From positions 1-64,000 of the forward strand of contig NMRA01000708.1 of assembly GCA_002633005.1 (NCBI GenBank): a stretch of 64,000 nucleotides of DNA, read 5' to 3'. How positions within the stretch are numbered: position 1 is the stretch's first letter; each line of letters starts with the position of its first letter. Below the pieces are notes generated by a model, which was not told the DNA's origin, ran no database searches, and worked only from the letters and a program-made list of their open reading frames with translations. The position numbers and the translations under genes were made by a program. The stretch comes from Phoronis australis (Eukaryota; Animalia; Phoronida). Shown here piece after piece: positions 1 to 14,970 of this stretch.

Positions 1-532
1 GTCATTGAACTGCAGAGGGCTGGGTCTCCATGAAAAACGAAAAGATGTACTCAATTATTTAAGAGAAAAACAATACACTGTACTCCATCTATTGCCTACA
101 GGACACACACTTTACTAAGAGAGAAGAAAACAATATTAGATCATTGTGGGGATATGAATGTTTTTTCAATTCAAATTCCTCAAACTCCCGTGGAGTGGCG
201 ATCCTCTTTAAGAACACTTTTGAGTATAAATTACATAACATTAGGCAAGACTACAATGGTAATAAATTAATTTTGGATATTACAATTAACGAGACAAGAA
301 TTACGTTAATTAATACGTATTGTCTGAATAGGGACTCGCCGTCTTTTTTTGAAAGAATAAAACAAGATATTCAAGATATAGGAAATTACTCTGTTATTTG
401 GGCAGGCGATTTTAATCTTGCTCTCGATCAGTCTAAGGACACGATTAATTATCGCCAGGTTAATAACCCAAAGTCACGGATTAAGTTGATGGAGATTTGT
501 ACAGAATTGTCTATTGTTGACGTGTGGCGGGA
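1..532 (+). mobile_element. L1/Tx1-type non-LTR retrotransposon ORF2 fragment (APE endonuclease), frameshifted and 3'-truncated
   Basis: Translates SLNCRGLG...(frameshift near 80)...SIYCLQDTH...SRGVAILF...LINTY...WAGDFN...DVWRE, the APE-endonuclease motifs of L1-clade ORF2; the homology breaks off at about 532. Confidence 0.85.
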
Positions 533-2537
533 GGGAAAGATACAATACCAATCCCGTTGACCCGAGTACAGTACGCTGCGTCTGTTCTCAGGGCCAGACC
601 ATGTAGTGTGACACTTTCCTCGCAAGGTGAGATCAGCAAATCTTTTGCGTTCTTTTTGAAGCACTGCGGAATGGTTTGAAGTGTACAGCCACGGCTAAAT
701 ACTGACATAGCGGCGAGGCTCGTGGTCTACTAGAAATTACGCGACCAATGATTTTTCCGGCAGAACTGTCGGATATTTTTGATAAATTGAATACATTTAC
801 TGTAGAATTTTAGAACTGTGAGGTAAGACATTTTTAGCACTGATATATACACATTCATGGACTGGGCGCTTATTTTAGCGAAGTCTGAAAACGAGTGGGG
901 ACGCTTATAGGGGCATGAGCGCTTATTAGGACGAATGGCTAAAATGACATTGTACATTACAATAAGAAATCAGTTCCAAGAAATATGGTATTTTATTTGC
1001 TATGAGCACATGGACCGGTCTTCCACCGTTCTCCCCTTTTCTTCGTTTCGGACTAGTCCACAAATTCTTTGTGCACGACCACACACTGTTTTTGACGAAT
1101 CGCGTAACGGGTGACATGTACTGAATCGGTAGGGTCGCACTGCGCCGATGTTTTTTACTGCCGGAGCATCGACACAATGACCAAACTGAACCTTAAATTC
1201 ATGATAAAAACAGCACAAGGAGGAGGAAAATTATTCATAGTCATCTGGGAAACNTGGTGCATTGCTATCAAACTCTTTTGTTAAATTACGACCTTTTTAA
1301 AAAAATATGGTGAAATCCCAGGGCGAAAACTTGCCGACTGATGCGTCGCTGCTTCGCGATCGTCGATAGGACAACATGAATTCTTGAGTAAAAATAGTTT
1401 CGACTCAAATTACCTGAAATCCTCCCAAATAGCCTTTCCTAAGATTCTTAAGTTCCTGTGTACTCGGAGTCGGGATTAACGGCGCAGATTAAGTCAAAAT
1501 CTGCGCTAGATCGCACCCCGCAACGAGAAAAATCTGGACGAACACATATGTTGTTGTCACGTTACGTTTGTATTGAAGTGAATCGGCTGGTGTGCACCGA
1601 GTGAGCGAGCGCGTGCGTGTCATCAGTGTTCATTTGCCAGAGTAGCAGGCCCAATGAGCTCATGAATAATGGAGTATATTTACTTCATTGAGCAGGCCCA
1701 CATGTTATATATGGGCCCTAGCGAGCGCTTCTTGGCCAAGTTTCGATTCGCGGTTTTTATAATTTTTCGTGTACCCAAAACAATCTGGATTCCTGTTGTG
1801 CGAGAAGATCTGTACGGGAAAGATACAATACCAATCCCGTTGACCCGAGTACAGTACGCTGCGTCTGTTCTCAGGGCCAGACCATGTAGTGCGACACTTT
1901 CCTCGCAAGGTGAGATCAGCAAATCTTTTGCGTTCTTTTTGAAGCACTGCGGAATGGTTTGAAGTGTACAGCCACGGTTAAATACTGACATAGCGGCGAG
2001 GCTCGTGGTCTACTAGAAATTACGCGAGCAATGATTTTTCCGGCAGAACTGTCGGATATTTTTTATAAATTGAATACATTTACTGTAGAATTTTAGAACT
2101 GTGAGGTAAGACATTTTTAGCACTGATATATACACATTCATGGACTGGGCGCTTATTTTAGCGAAGTCTGAAAACGAGTGGGGACGCTTATAGGGGCATG
2201 GGCGCTTATTAGGACGTATGGCTAAAATGACATTGTACATTACAACAAGAAATCAGTTCCAAGAAATATGGTATTTTATTTGCTATGAGCACATGGACCG
2301 GTCTTCCACCGTTCTCCCCTTTTCTTCGTTTCGGACTAGTCCACAAATTCTTTGTGCACGACCACACACTGTTTTTTGACGAATCGCGTAACGGGTGACA
2401 TGTACTGAATCGGTAGGGTCGCACTGCGCCGATGTTTTTTACTGCCGGAGCATCGACACGATGACCAAACTGAACCTTAAATTCATGATAAAAACAGCAC
2501 AAGGAGGAGGAAAATTATTCATAGTCATCTGGGAAAC
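533..2537. repeat. ~720-bp direct duplication (533-1253 vs 1816-2537) separated by a single N at 1254
   Basis: Both copies start gggaaagatacaatacc and end catctgggaaac; only scattered substitutions and a 1-bp indel differ; duplicated ORFs in the track. Confidence 0.9.
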
Positions 2538-2826
2538 GATACATAGTGCTTTTGCGCTCTGAAATTCGCTCGCCACCGGGCGACCGGCAAGTCAGCTTCT
2601 ACTCGCCCAGTACCATTTTTACTCGCATTGGCGACTGGGCGAGTGGCTAAGTATATCCCTGGGAAGGATACCGACGAGATATTACTGGAATTGGTACGTT
2701 CAGGCACTGCACAGTACACCATGGCCAGCTGATGATCACTCACGAGGTTTTATCAGTGTGCCTCGTTTTCGATCAGTATTTAAAGATGGCGCGGGAAGAT
2801 GGCGCTTTCGTGAAATAGGTGAATAG
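1255..2826 (-). mobile_element. Degenerate THAP-bearing DNA transposon derivative
   Basis: Minus strand MVYCAVPERTNSSNISSVSF resembles a THAP N-terminus (second Cys lost); two AAGATGGCG (YY1-type) motifs near the right end at about 2783-2805. Left boundary uncertain. Confidence 0.45.
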
Positions 2827-5800
2827 GTTCTTTACAAATAATGTCAACTGAATTGGCTTGCTGGTTCTTCCTGACACAATGACTATAGGTGTTACTTTTG
2901 TGGGAGGTGTTATATTTTTTCAGCTTGTCACAGAGGTTACTGATTCACTCAATTACTTGCAGAACTCAGTGACACTACAGATGTGGTGATGACCTACATA
3001 CTATTCCCTGTGTCTCTTGAAACTCTCATTTTGGTACACGGATGTGATTAGACTGGTATTTTACACCCCCTGCCTTATTGTCTATATTATCGTGATAGTG
3101 TCTCATAAACTGACCTATCGCCACGATTATGACTGACTACTTTGCTGACCAATCAGAACGCAGCATTCTTGACGCACCTTAGTCTGCGTTTCCAAGCCGC
3201 CATTTTACTCGACAAACAACACGTAGTCGAGTAAAACTTACTTTAGTCTATAGCTCAATAAATTGTGCACTAAGAATGGTGAAACGGTATTGATATGGCG
3301 TGTGTAATCCCGACAGCCGGTATGCTGCTGCAGAATATTATCCCGTCATTTTTGGGATGCCTTAAGCCAAAAATTGATGTAGAAAGACGTACATATAAAG
3401 ACGTACATATAAAGTATGGGTGAACCTGTACGGCCACACGAGTAACTGATTTTAGCAATGTTGCTTGGTTACTCGAAGGCTATAATGAACACAAATCTAA
3501 TATTTCCTAGATACGCACTTTTCAGTTTGGTGGCTATGGTGCAGGCCTATCTCAGATTTTGACTCCGGGGTATCCTACGTCTGGGCACCCTTGTCTCGGC
3601 ACCTGCTGGATCTTAGCACTCTATCGGTAGTCCCAGGAATTTGTTGTTCTCAAGGAAATTTTCATTTGATTTATTTTTTCATTTATTTCGACCTAACGGA
3701 CATCACTTTGTTTCGTATCAGAGGTACATTTTTGTTATTCATAAACCCTTAGGCTGGCGTTCAACTAAACATCTTTCCCGGCCAAAATTCAGAGATTTGA
3801 TCGGCCACTGGGAGGGGCACTGGATTACTGAACTCAAAGCGTTGTTCGAGCTGTTGTCACAAAGAAAAAAAACACCTGAATTACTGTTTGATGTGTACCT
3901 CTAGTATACACAATGCCTGAATAGTTAGGGCGAGCTGCAGTTGTTCAAAAACGATATTTAGGAGTTATTTTTGTACAAACCCTATTTTGCCACTACATCA
4001 GACTTGTAATCTTTTGTATCATACCACTGCTTAGTGATCACGTTGCGTTCAAATATCAATGAAAGCCATTACAAAAAATGCGAAGTACATCAGAAGATAG
4101 GAGTAACTTAGATGTCTTATTGGTTCAAACGGCCTATTCCAGGCATTAATTTGTCTTAGACACAGCTCTAGACCTACCGGAGCTAACTGTTTTCCTGGTA
4201 CGAGATGAGTGTTTACCTGAGCTATGAACCCGAGTTTTATGTGCAAAATATTTCGTTACAAGATTAGAAAAGCGGAAACGCTATCCAGTCGACATACTCA
4301 GAGACTGTACTACGTGTTGTCTGTAATGACTTACTTTCCTCCGGGAGTCTCTCCAGTTGTGACCTACTTTTCATTTGGAGAAATTTAGCAGAGAACAGAA
4401 TAAATATATTGGTGAATCTTCCCTGACTTTGTTCGAAATATCCTGAAATCTATGGAGTCGTGCAGATAATTCAACTTTAAGGAACATACCAGCTTCACAT
4501 GAACATATTGTATCAGTGGCCTAGTCATTTTTCGAGGTGAAGCCGAATCCCGTGTGAGGTTTTTCGGATGTTCGCTGGCTCCTCGAACACTTATTTCTTC
4601 ATCGTCACCTTTACAAATTCCCATATCATGAACGCACGATACTCTGTTTAAAAGCATCGCCTGTTGTCTTTGTCTAAATGTTTTCAAATAGTGCAAAAAC
4701 AATCATCGATTTCACCAGGAATGTTGTTTAGGAGCAGTGTATTTGCCTCTGACTTCTTGTTTGTTTTTCGGGTATCGCTTGACTTTTCGCTTGCGATAGG
4801 TATACAGACAAAACGTTGAATGACCATGAACTTTTTATTGGTGCGCCGATTGTCCGTGTTTTAATTATGCATCTTAGAGTCCGTAAAACGCCTTAATTGG
4901 CCTACATTATGGACCAGGTGGACCGGTCCCGCTCCCATGTATACACATTGTGCTTTGACTCCAGTCACGGTGGAACAATACTTGATTGTCTGATAAACTA
5001 GAGGTATGATATAACATAAGTAGTGGTGTGAAAAATGCTTTCACGCTATTCGAACGCAATTTGCTTGTTTGACAATACAGGGTAATAATGGGTCACTACG
5101 CAAAAATACCACCTCAATTACGACTCGGGCATATACTTGTAATGTCAGGGTAGATAATTTGACAAATTGCTAAAGACCGGACGGGGTGCATGTAAGATCT
5201 GGGAATCAACCGACCAATGACTAGGATAACAAGGATAGGCTGATATATTCCATGTGCGTACATGTATCGCATGTGGCAATGAGTCGGGTGGAGATACAGG
5301 ATATTTGCCTGCTCAGCCTGTGATCAGTTCGGTTGCGAAAAAGACCTTATTATATCTCTTATTATAAGTTAATCGCAGTGACAAAGAAATTGCTCTACGT
5401 GTGGACATGCCTTATTGTCAAAATTAACTATGTACGGGTTTTACTAGACAGTGTTCACAGTTTGTGATTTTTTAAATTGACTCATGTGCCCTTTCTGGAC
5501 ACCTTGTATAATAAAATGTCCATGAATATTGTGACGTCGTCCAGCATTTAATGCAGTAATTAACATGCGTTGCAAAATGATATCAATTAGGCGTCTTGAC
5601 GAAAATTGAAGAAAATACAATTTTTCGTAATTTCGACGCAAAATTATGACATAACGGTACTTTAGTGAGCACCCGTCACGTATGTGAATTATTGTAGCAC
5701 CATTCGTTTATAGCAAAGTTGAAATTGTGTCACGTATGATTTCACCATTTTTAATTCCATAGTTCCAAAGTATTATATTCATACTCTTTTGTGTTACAGT

Positions 5801-8800
5801 CACTTTTCTTGTGTTCTAGTACTTGCTACATTGTACTGTATACGTCAGAAAATGTTAGGTTTTAGAGAAAGAAGCCCTTTTGCAAGAATTGAATGTTGAC
5901 ACTTCAAGACTGTATTCCAGCAGCTGGGAAAATGAGACTATCGATGTGAATAGAAAGCAGCTAATGGAGTTCCGAGAAATTGCTATACGCCTCTATAATA
6001 TAAGCACCCATCGAAAGGAGTGTTTATTTCAACATATATCTACATACCCACAAATTAGGTTAGGTGGCCAATTTTTTAGTAAATTTAGTAACGGTAAAGA
6101 TATCTTCATAGCAACAGAACAATAACATCAGCAAATTTTACATGATATCTACACAATACAATCTCAAAATCGCTGTTACAATTTTTCTAAATTATCGATC
6201 CGTTTTTATTTTAGAGATTTTCATGAAAATCGTGCAGGCCTTTTTGATACCCCCTCAACCAAAAACAGGACGGTGCGATTCGTTGAGACGTTTGAGAGAT
6301 AAATACAATAGCTGAAAGTCTCTCGTAAATCTGATCAGCTAATTCTGAGATATGAAATTTCCAAGTTGGCTAGGCTTGGAAACTGGTCCTAATCCTACTT
6401 GTAGACACCGGTGACCTAAAGCCGTGAATATCATTAAAATAAACAGCTGATTGTCATATTGCCCAATGTTCGTTAGCAACTGCTCATATGATGTCATGGA
6501 CATATACCAGCCTTCACAAATATACGTGTTTTGCCAATCTTAATCCTTTGTCTCCGTAAGCAGAGTTTTGAAACGTTCGCTGATATCGTCGGCCATTTTG
6601 ATTGAGACCCTGAAGTCGTGACCTATTCGTTTAAGATAGAAATACAAAAAGCGTGACTACACACATCAACTACACCGCTTACAGTGGGAGACGACAATAA
6701 AACGCATTGCACTGTTTATTAATCAGTTTCAACTAAAATAAATTGTTGTATGTTTTGCACCCAACTTTGAGGTGCACAGACGTTTTCAACTTTCTCTCTA
6801 TATTTGATGTTTTTAGTCTTACAAAACTTGATCGTCCCTGGGACATTTTGATACATTGTTCAAATCTCCCCTAGAGCGCGTGTTACAGCAAATCTGAACG
6901 ATGTTTAGTTTCGAAAACATTTTTTGAAAATGCACAAAAAGTGGATTAGTGCAATATGCTGCTTTCAGATGCATTTTTAAAAAGAACAAACCCACTCACA
7001 GGGGCGGATCTACGTTTTCAGTAAGGGGGGGGTTTAGGATTCCCGCAAAGGTCGAATCCTAGGCACGTGGCGCCGAGAGGGGGGGGGGTCGGGAGGGGGG
7101 GTTTCCCCCCCTCCGTGTAAAACAATTTTTTGTTTTTGTAGCCAAATAGTGAAATTTCCATGCATCCTGGTAAGTTTCTGGCACTTAACATGTCTCTTGA
7201 GTTTTTCTTAAGATAATTTAAAATCCTTCTCGATTTCGTCGCATGAACGTGGCTCATAAGTTTCGTGAAACCATATTTGTGCACATCTGGGTATGAGTCG
7301 CGCCACCAGCAAAAATTTTTGTTGGAACATCTGCTTATACACACCTTTTTAGCATGCGAAAAGTCGTATATGAAAANCGATGGCTCTAACTTCGAAATCA
7401 TGTTATGGTTACGCTTTCCACGAACTAAGACGGTGACATCACCACTGTTGAGGCTGCAGGCAATTGTAGCTTTGCGCATTCCGTTTTCATGTATCGGTGA
7501 CGTTAAAATCCGGACTAGCAGTTACATGTATACACGTAGTCCCCTATCAGTTGGTCGTTCACGTTGTTCCAAAAATAGATATTTTCTGTCAACAACATGT
7601 TGACAAATTATGCAAAAGAAAATAATTGTGAACGGGAAGATGTGAATACGTGATGAAGAAGTGTTCACTATGCGGCATATGTGTGCGAACTTTTGGTTAA
7701 GCGATTGCGATGGCAAAAAATGATAGAAAATACACAAAGGTGCACTTTTGAGAAACAAAGCGTCTGGTGATATTGATAGCGTATGATCTGGCCACGTTAG
7801 GTAGAATGAGAAGTGGCAACTACAAAATAGAAATATAAAATATATAAATCATGCCTGTATATATATATCGCCACCCCCCCCCGAGTTTTGCACATTCTAA
7901 TGAGTCGCCACTCGAGATTTGGTTCCATTTCAGTCCTAAAGTCGCAGAATAATTCTTCTGTTCTCAGCTGTAAGAAAATATACTATTTTTTGAAACGGTG
8001 CTCAGTCTTAAAAAAGTTTCCAGCATGAAATGAAGTGCCAAGTACAGTACACGCAGCGTTGTATGACAGAGACGTTGGCATTTTCCTATGTCCACAAAGT
8101 GCTTTGAGCACTGTGTACAAATTTGTTCATTTCGCTTTTCTACACTGACGACTATGGTCAACTCGGTGTTTTAAAAAAGTACACTTTTGAGGGCATTTTC
8201 AAAAATAAATGTTTGGTTGATGAATTCAGCGAGTCGGTGTCCACGGGCAGAAAACTGTATCTGCGTAAAAAAAGAGTTGCGTTTACAAAACATTCAGAGC
8301 ATGAGCTCAAGGACTACCTGAGACTGGTATTTGTGTCCAATGAATATATACAGTAGCTCTTGGAAAACTGTTACCCCGAAGAAATGTGCAAAATACGAAC
8401 GTCATATACGGAACGTTGTACCAGAAGTGATTTGTTGCAGTGGAGCAGCCACGGGATAGTAAAAATGCTGTGCTGTACACTAGTTAGCTGAATGGAAAGC
8501 TGAAGCGAAAAAATCCAGAACACACATTTTCTATTCAGGAATTGAAATCTCTGTAGAGATATTTATTTTTAGTCCTGGAGAGTTTCACATGTTTTGCTTG
8601 GTTTTAATCTTGCATAGAAAAGATATGTCGTTAAATGTTTCAAATTAGGCCTCCCATAAATGTGGGAAAGCAGGTTGTTTAGCATCGTGCTATGTAACTT
8701 CTTATATAAATCTAGGTGTTCGTGATTTAGTAATACTATGAAAAATGAGTAGTTATGACATGAAAAATGAGTAGTTGAGGCTTCTTTTGAAATACTGTAC

Positions 8801-11800
8801 CCTTTGTATATGCCTGGTGTAGATGGCACAGTGTGATATGATGTAAGCTTTATTATCCTCTATTGCTTAACAACTATATATCTTCACTCATGCCTGTAAT
8901 AGAGGTACCCCCAGGACCAACAAGCACGTGTATGTTTTTATTCTAATGAGGCGTGCTTCGAATGTACAATAAGTAATCATACTTTTACAGTGGTTCATAT
9001 TAAACGGATTCATTAAACCCAGTAAACATGTTTGCAACTGCCGATCTGCATATTAGACATGTATATTACATCATACCTCATCAGAATAAAACTTGTTATC
9101 AATCATAGCAGAAAAAATTATTTTTATCATTGCCACAAGACGTTAACAAACGCAGTCAGTGTCTGTAACTGTTGTGTCTACATTGCTGATGAACTTACTG
9201 TAAGTCGGTCTATTTCCATTTTTATATCACTGATTCATGCCAAAGGTTTGAAATTGCGCCCCCTTAAGAGTTTTGGCATGCCCTGGTTATCACTAGAATC
9301 CGAGGCAATAAACTTATAGAAGTTGTTTTTTAACCAGTGTAATATAGCTGCAAATTGTGTGCGTTTTCGTTTGCGAGAGTGTTCTTTTTGAATCAATGGG
9401 TTAAACATTTTTACGCTCTACATGAAAACACAGATTACTTTTTTGGATTACATGTACCAGGTTACCCCAAAAATGTTGTTTTCAAAGTTTTACCCCTTGA
9501 AGTATACGCAAAACACCAAGTATTGTGTTCTTACGCCAAAAGGCTCGGAAGTCTCTAGCCTTGGTGCGAAGCTGTTTACTAAATTAAATATACAAATTTG
9601 TGCCATTATGGGTAAAGACTGACGGAATAAAATCTTCCTAGAGTAATCTAAACTATTTACCAGCGTTGAAAAAATTGGTTTTTTATAATTATTCTGCTGC
9701 TAAAATTATGGTGTGATCTTATGCGTCGACATTCGACCCAATTAAATGTTGCGTCACCTTTTAGCCAGTGTCTTTTTCCCAGATTCTTCAATCAAACGTT
9801 CTCCAAAGAGGTAACGTAAACGTAACAACAAATGATCACAATTGGTTTCACTTCATTATATGCTTTTTGGATATTTGATATCAGTGAACCGAATTTTAGG
9901 ACAAATTTTGCTGAGATAATGTCATCATCTAATGGGAGATGTTGAAAACATTTTGGAAGTGGCGCGTGTCACGAATGAACTTTTTTCTAAACGACGGTAT
10001 ACGTTTTTTCGTTAAAAAAGGCAGAGAATTAAGCAGGAAGATGACGTCGGATGTTTTCCGCTTAAACGGCAGTAACGGGTAACTTGAATGCCAATTGACT
10101 TCTAGATTTTGCATGCACACCCGCCGGTCTTTAGCTGATGTTGATACAAGCTTTTCGACGAGGTGACAAGCGTAACTATCTGGGCTCTGTGAAGTTTCGA
10201 GGTCTGTTTGATCTTAATAAGCAGTGGCACCTAGCTGTATTTTGAAAATAGTCTTTATACAACTAGCTGGCTAGATAGGAATGCTTTAGTTTCGAAAAGA
10301 TTTTTTACAGAGGAAGTGACAACAATTTTAGAATGATGATGGATGACACTGTAAACCGATCACAGTCTTCCGTTTTCATGCACCCATGATTTACATGTAA
10401 TATCGGCGCTATTTTCAAGCCATTGTTTATGTTGTTTCTAAAATAAACTTGGGTTCTATTGCTGTACCAACATATTAAGAAATTATACAGAAGTAAGCAA
10501 TAATTATCTGTGGTAAATCGCAATATACAGCGTGATTAAGTGATGATCAAGAGCAATAACGGATGAGCGCAAATGCGTGATGCTTGTTGAGCATTCCGCT
10601 GCATGAAAACACTTGAAGTAGTAAAATATCCAGTGTTGTATTCTGATTTTTATGCAAGTTTACTGTAAAATTTCAAAGTTCGTGCTTGTTTTTATGCATA
10701 AAGTACTGTATAAAAAGTCTAATTTCTAAAGTTAGAAATTATGGTTCCGCGATCTCACTTAACCTTTGATTTTACCACGCCGTCATTAATTCAACATAAA
10801 GTTTGAGGCTGGTGTAATGTCACGCACTTCGTATTTGTAGGTTGATTCGATTTTACCTCCTTTCAATAGTGTAACAAAAGTTGATAAACCGAGGTCAGGA
10901 CCGGAGATGCCACGGGTGAACGAACAGAGAACAGTTAAATGTTTGTTTGACCAAAGTTCACCCGCTAAGTCATAAAATGGTAGTTGCCGACCAAGGACAC
11001 GCTTAATCCGAATTGGTCGTCTACGCTTGGCGACCACTTAGCCGACCCAAGTGCCGTCCACAGAGGCGACCCAGCAGACGGCTCCTAGCCGACCGTTGTT
11101 GGCCGGCTGCTGGTCGGCTAGACGACCGGTCGACGGCCGGTCGTCGACCAATTTCCGACCGGGCGGACAAAAATTCGCGATGTGTGCTGTAATTAAACTA
11201 ATCATAATGTCAAGTACACAATTCTCAACCGAATCAAGTGCTCGGCAGGTTTTCTATCCCGTGTTCATATTTTTAAAAATATATGTATTATAAAGCTTCC
11301 GCATTTTGAAAACAACTTTGGAGTCTCATTTCTGTCATTTTGGTGCACTTTCAAACAGACTTTCTCAATTAATTTCCGTGTTTATTTTGCTGAAAGACTC
11401 TTAATTTATGTTGTTGGAAAGTTCAAAACCGAGATACATCACATGATCGGTAATGATGATGTAAAAGCAATTTGAAGTCTTTTAAATGCAATTAGCTACG
11501 TGTACGTAATCAAGACAACTGGTCTCACAGATGCGAGAGTGAGAAGGATGTGTATCCTTGAAATATTTTGCCAATAGAAGCGACAAACAATCTCTTGATT
11601 TGCAAGTATCCAGTTCCATTTGTACTACGAAAACTAAACCAATTATTCTTTGACGTTTCTTTGCTGCTTATCATTCATTTGAAATTCAATTACTAAGGGT
11701 TCTATAATAATACGATCAAATATAATTAATATGCAGAATTTTATCACCGTGTGGTGAATATATCTCTAGATACGTCCGCATGAAGAACAAGAAGATCCAG

Positions 11801-13377
11801 CATCAACGCCAGACAAACCAACATCAGGCTAATCGCTATGAAATTCAGCCGTGCTGTTAACATAATATCGTCTCGATGATGCACTTGTTGAGTGTTCTAG
11901 TAAAGCTCCAAATATGGAGTTTTGTCATCTGTTCCTGTTCGGAGCATAGAGAGTGGCAGTATTGAACTTGTGAACGCTGTTAGGAAATGTGGGATGTTCA
12001 AGTTATTTTGACTCTTCCTTATTCCTTGTTCTGGATAGAAACCGCGAAATTGTGTTTGTTCAGGACGTGTTTGACCGTGTAGAACGCGATAAAGATATTT
12101 TGGTTGTATCCCTGGTCAGTGTAGGACAGGGTTTTTGAAATTAATGTTCGTGTAATTTTAGATATGCATTGGTTTACAGTTGTATCAGGACAGAGCTCAG
12201 TGGTTTATCACCAATTAATTAATTGTGGCCTCTGACCTTTCGGTTAGATTTTTAAATCAGCTATTTATACGGCACTTTTAAGAAAGTGACAATAGTCTCC
12301 GTCACTCGAAAGGCACCAATGTATGGAATACAAAAATGCAGAAGTTATCAAAATTGCTTGGTGTATAAAAAAATATTACAGACTATTTATGTACTAAGTT
12401 TGCCTTCATTTCGGTTGGGTCGCCATCTTGCAATGTCAGCAGCAGTGGTTATGTATTTAAAGTGTGTAAACCTTACATGTATGTTCGTAAATATTCTAGC
12501 AGTAATATTTAGTAAGACACATCTTTACCTGCTATTTGTTCCAAAGTTTACACCAGAATTTAACCACACACTTGTACATGTAACTTCGTCTTGGATAACT
12601 CAGCGAGTTAAGTGAACTGAAAGGCATGTTCAACCGGCTACATTGTCATTAGCGAATATTTAACTTTAATACATTCACAAAACGTACCGAGCGTGGCGTA
12701 GATGAATTAATATCCCACGAGACATTATTCCGCGGCTCGCGAAATAATGCCTCGTGTATTTATCCTATACGCATCGAATTCGTGAGTTTCTTTTGTTTTC
12801 TTTCGGCATTTTATAAATACTTCACCCTGACTGTTTACGTGGCGAATCACAACCTGTTGTGTATGTACGTGAGCGGTACGTTGATAACTTACTATAGTAA
12901 AAGAAAACAGTTTTAAATGTAACTGTTTATTACTTGTAATTGATAAAAGGTATGGAAACGGCAGTTATCGTACATTGAACTTGTATCATATTTAGAAAAT
13001 AAATAAAATAACAAGAATATTTATAACATTGTAATATCCTCATCGCGTAGCTGCACTCATTCCTGAAACTAGGCCAGTGACCAGAGCGCGTAGCCTACAC
13101 GTCGTCTGTTTTCACGAATATGTTAAAAGTGCCACCGTTGATGACAGCTCCAGCGAATATGCCTGATGTAGCGTTGTTGCAGGTACGTTGTCGTATTTCA
13201 ACGGATTGTGTAGCCTTCGTACAAAGATGTATACTATTATTATACGACAATCTGTTCCTATTACAGCTAGCTGGCTTTATACGGATTCTGTAGCATGGAT
13301 AGGTTCACATGTTGCTGCTCGCACTGTCGCCGGTATTATCGGGTGTTGTCATGGCTAGTGACAGCAATGGTTGATAT

Positions 13378-14110
13378 TGGCGAGGAATCGGTGGCTGAGT
13401 TGCAGACGATATAATGTATAGAAATTGAAAACTGAGACAGAACTGTCATATAATTAACAGTCCTGTTCTAGATTCTTATGATTGAGACCTGGTTGCACGT
13501 CAAGTGGTATTTACACTGCTACAATTGTATTACTTTAAGCTATTTTCCGAAAGTTTGATTATCTAACCGGCTTACGGCGTCGAGTCGACATTGACCTATC
13601 ATTTGAACCTTCAATGTCAGAGGTCACTGTTGAAGTAGTGGGGGAGGTGAATACAGAAAACATTATTACATATCCTTCGACAGATTCTGCGCATATGGGA
13701 TAAATTTGCAGACACACTGTTACAAAATGCATTTTTTATCGTTTTCAAGTGTTTTTGCGCTAGCTATCATGACTATTATATTGATCCCTTGCTCGTTGAA
13801 TCAGTAGAGGGAAATAAGGCCATGTAAAAACATTGTCCAAATTTACCTCGCGCTCTACTTCAACAGCGACCTCTGACACGGAATGTTAAAAAATTAGGTC
13901 AAAGTCCACTCGACGTCGATAGCCGGTTCATTCATCAAACTTTCGAAAAATAGTTAAAAGTAATGCATTTTCAACAGTGTGAGTAATACTAAACATGAAT
14001 TTAGGTCTCAATCGAAACATCCGGAACAAGACAGTTAATTATATGACAGTTCTGTCTGAGTTTTCTATTGCTAAATATGTGGTCTGCAAGGCAGGCACCG
14101 ATTCCTCGGT
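13378..14110. mobile_element. Foldback/MITE-like element with long imperfect terminal inverted repeats; partial copies at about 14450-14640 and 36090-36410
   Basis: cgaggaatcggtggctgagttgcagac at the left pairs with gtctgcaaggcaggcaccgattcctcgg at the right; the ~300-bp arms share cagaggtc(a/g)ctgttgaagtag and gaaaaatag motifs. Confidence 0.7.
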
Positions 14111-14940
14111 TACTAGAATTTGAAATATAGTTGTATTTAACTATTTTTCAGGAGATGTTACAAGTTTAATGCACAGTTATCGCTGTTTTCATTTTTGTTT
14201 CCTCTTTTCAAGTAATAAATCGCTACATTTAAAATTCTTTCTTTTGAAAGAGAAACTTGCAAACTAACGTGCAAGTACATACCGAATGTGATATGCCGCG
14301 TGAACGGTCTGAGTGAAGTATTTGAAAAATCTGCCAAAAAATGAAAGAAACTTAGGAATTTTATGCATATGGGATAACTACAAAACCTACCTCGATTGGC
14401 GTAGATGAAGTAATATTCCATTTGACATTATTGCGCCTATGAACCTCGACCTTCGTTAGCCGTTTCGATCAACAAATTTTCCGAAAATAGCTTAAAGTAA
14501 TACAATTGCAGCAGAGTAAATAACACTGCCAAGCAATCATGTCCGAATCGTAACATTTAGAGTAGTGCTGCTAATTATATGACACAGTTCTGTCTCATTT
14601 CTTCTGCAACTCAGGCGCCGATAGCTCGGTAACTACAATATCAAATGTTGTTATCTAACTCTCTTCAGGAAATGTACAGTCTATGTTACTTACTGTGGCA
14701 AAATACTGCTAAAAACATTTTAGTTTGCGTGTTAATTTGTACTGATATCACTCTGTTAGATATAAGCATTAGCTACAATGAAACATTTGAAACCCGGGTG
14801 CCCAGTATTTTTAAGAGGAGCCATTTTATGTCTCATGGAAGTGTGACAGCAAGTGACAATGGGGTCGGCTAAACGAATAGCATCCTGTAGCCGAATGATA
14901 AAACTCAGATTAACGTGACTTTATATATTTTATGTAATGA

Positions 14941-14970
14941 CTAGCCGTTACCCGTGCTTTAGCACGGTTA
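14941..14970 (-). mobile_element. Helitron 3' terminus
   Basis: Minus strand CCGTGC-TAAA-GCACGG hairpin, short spacer, then CTAG followed by T: the canonical Helitron 3' end. Confidence 0.75.

Noticed and set aside
4385-8520. Host gene exons among the ORFs at 4385-4702, 5880-6125 and 8123-8356
   Set aside because: No recognisable domain or consistent splice chain; possibly decayed coding or TE sequence, but not supportable by eye.
14685-14745. Exon 1 of tetraspanin A (NTAKNILV vs NVAKCFLV)
   Set aside because: Similarity is short and weak and does not extend; consistent with chance.
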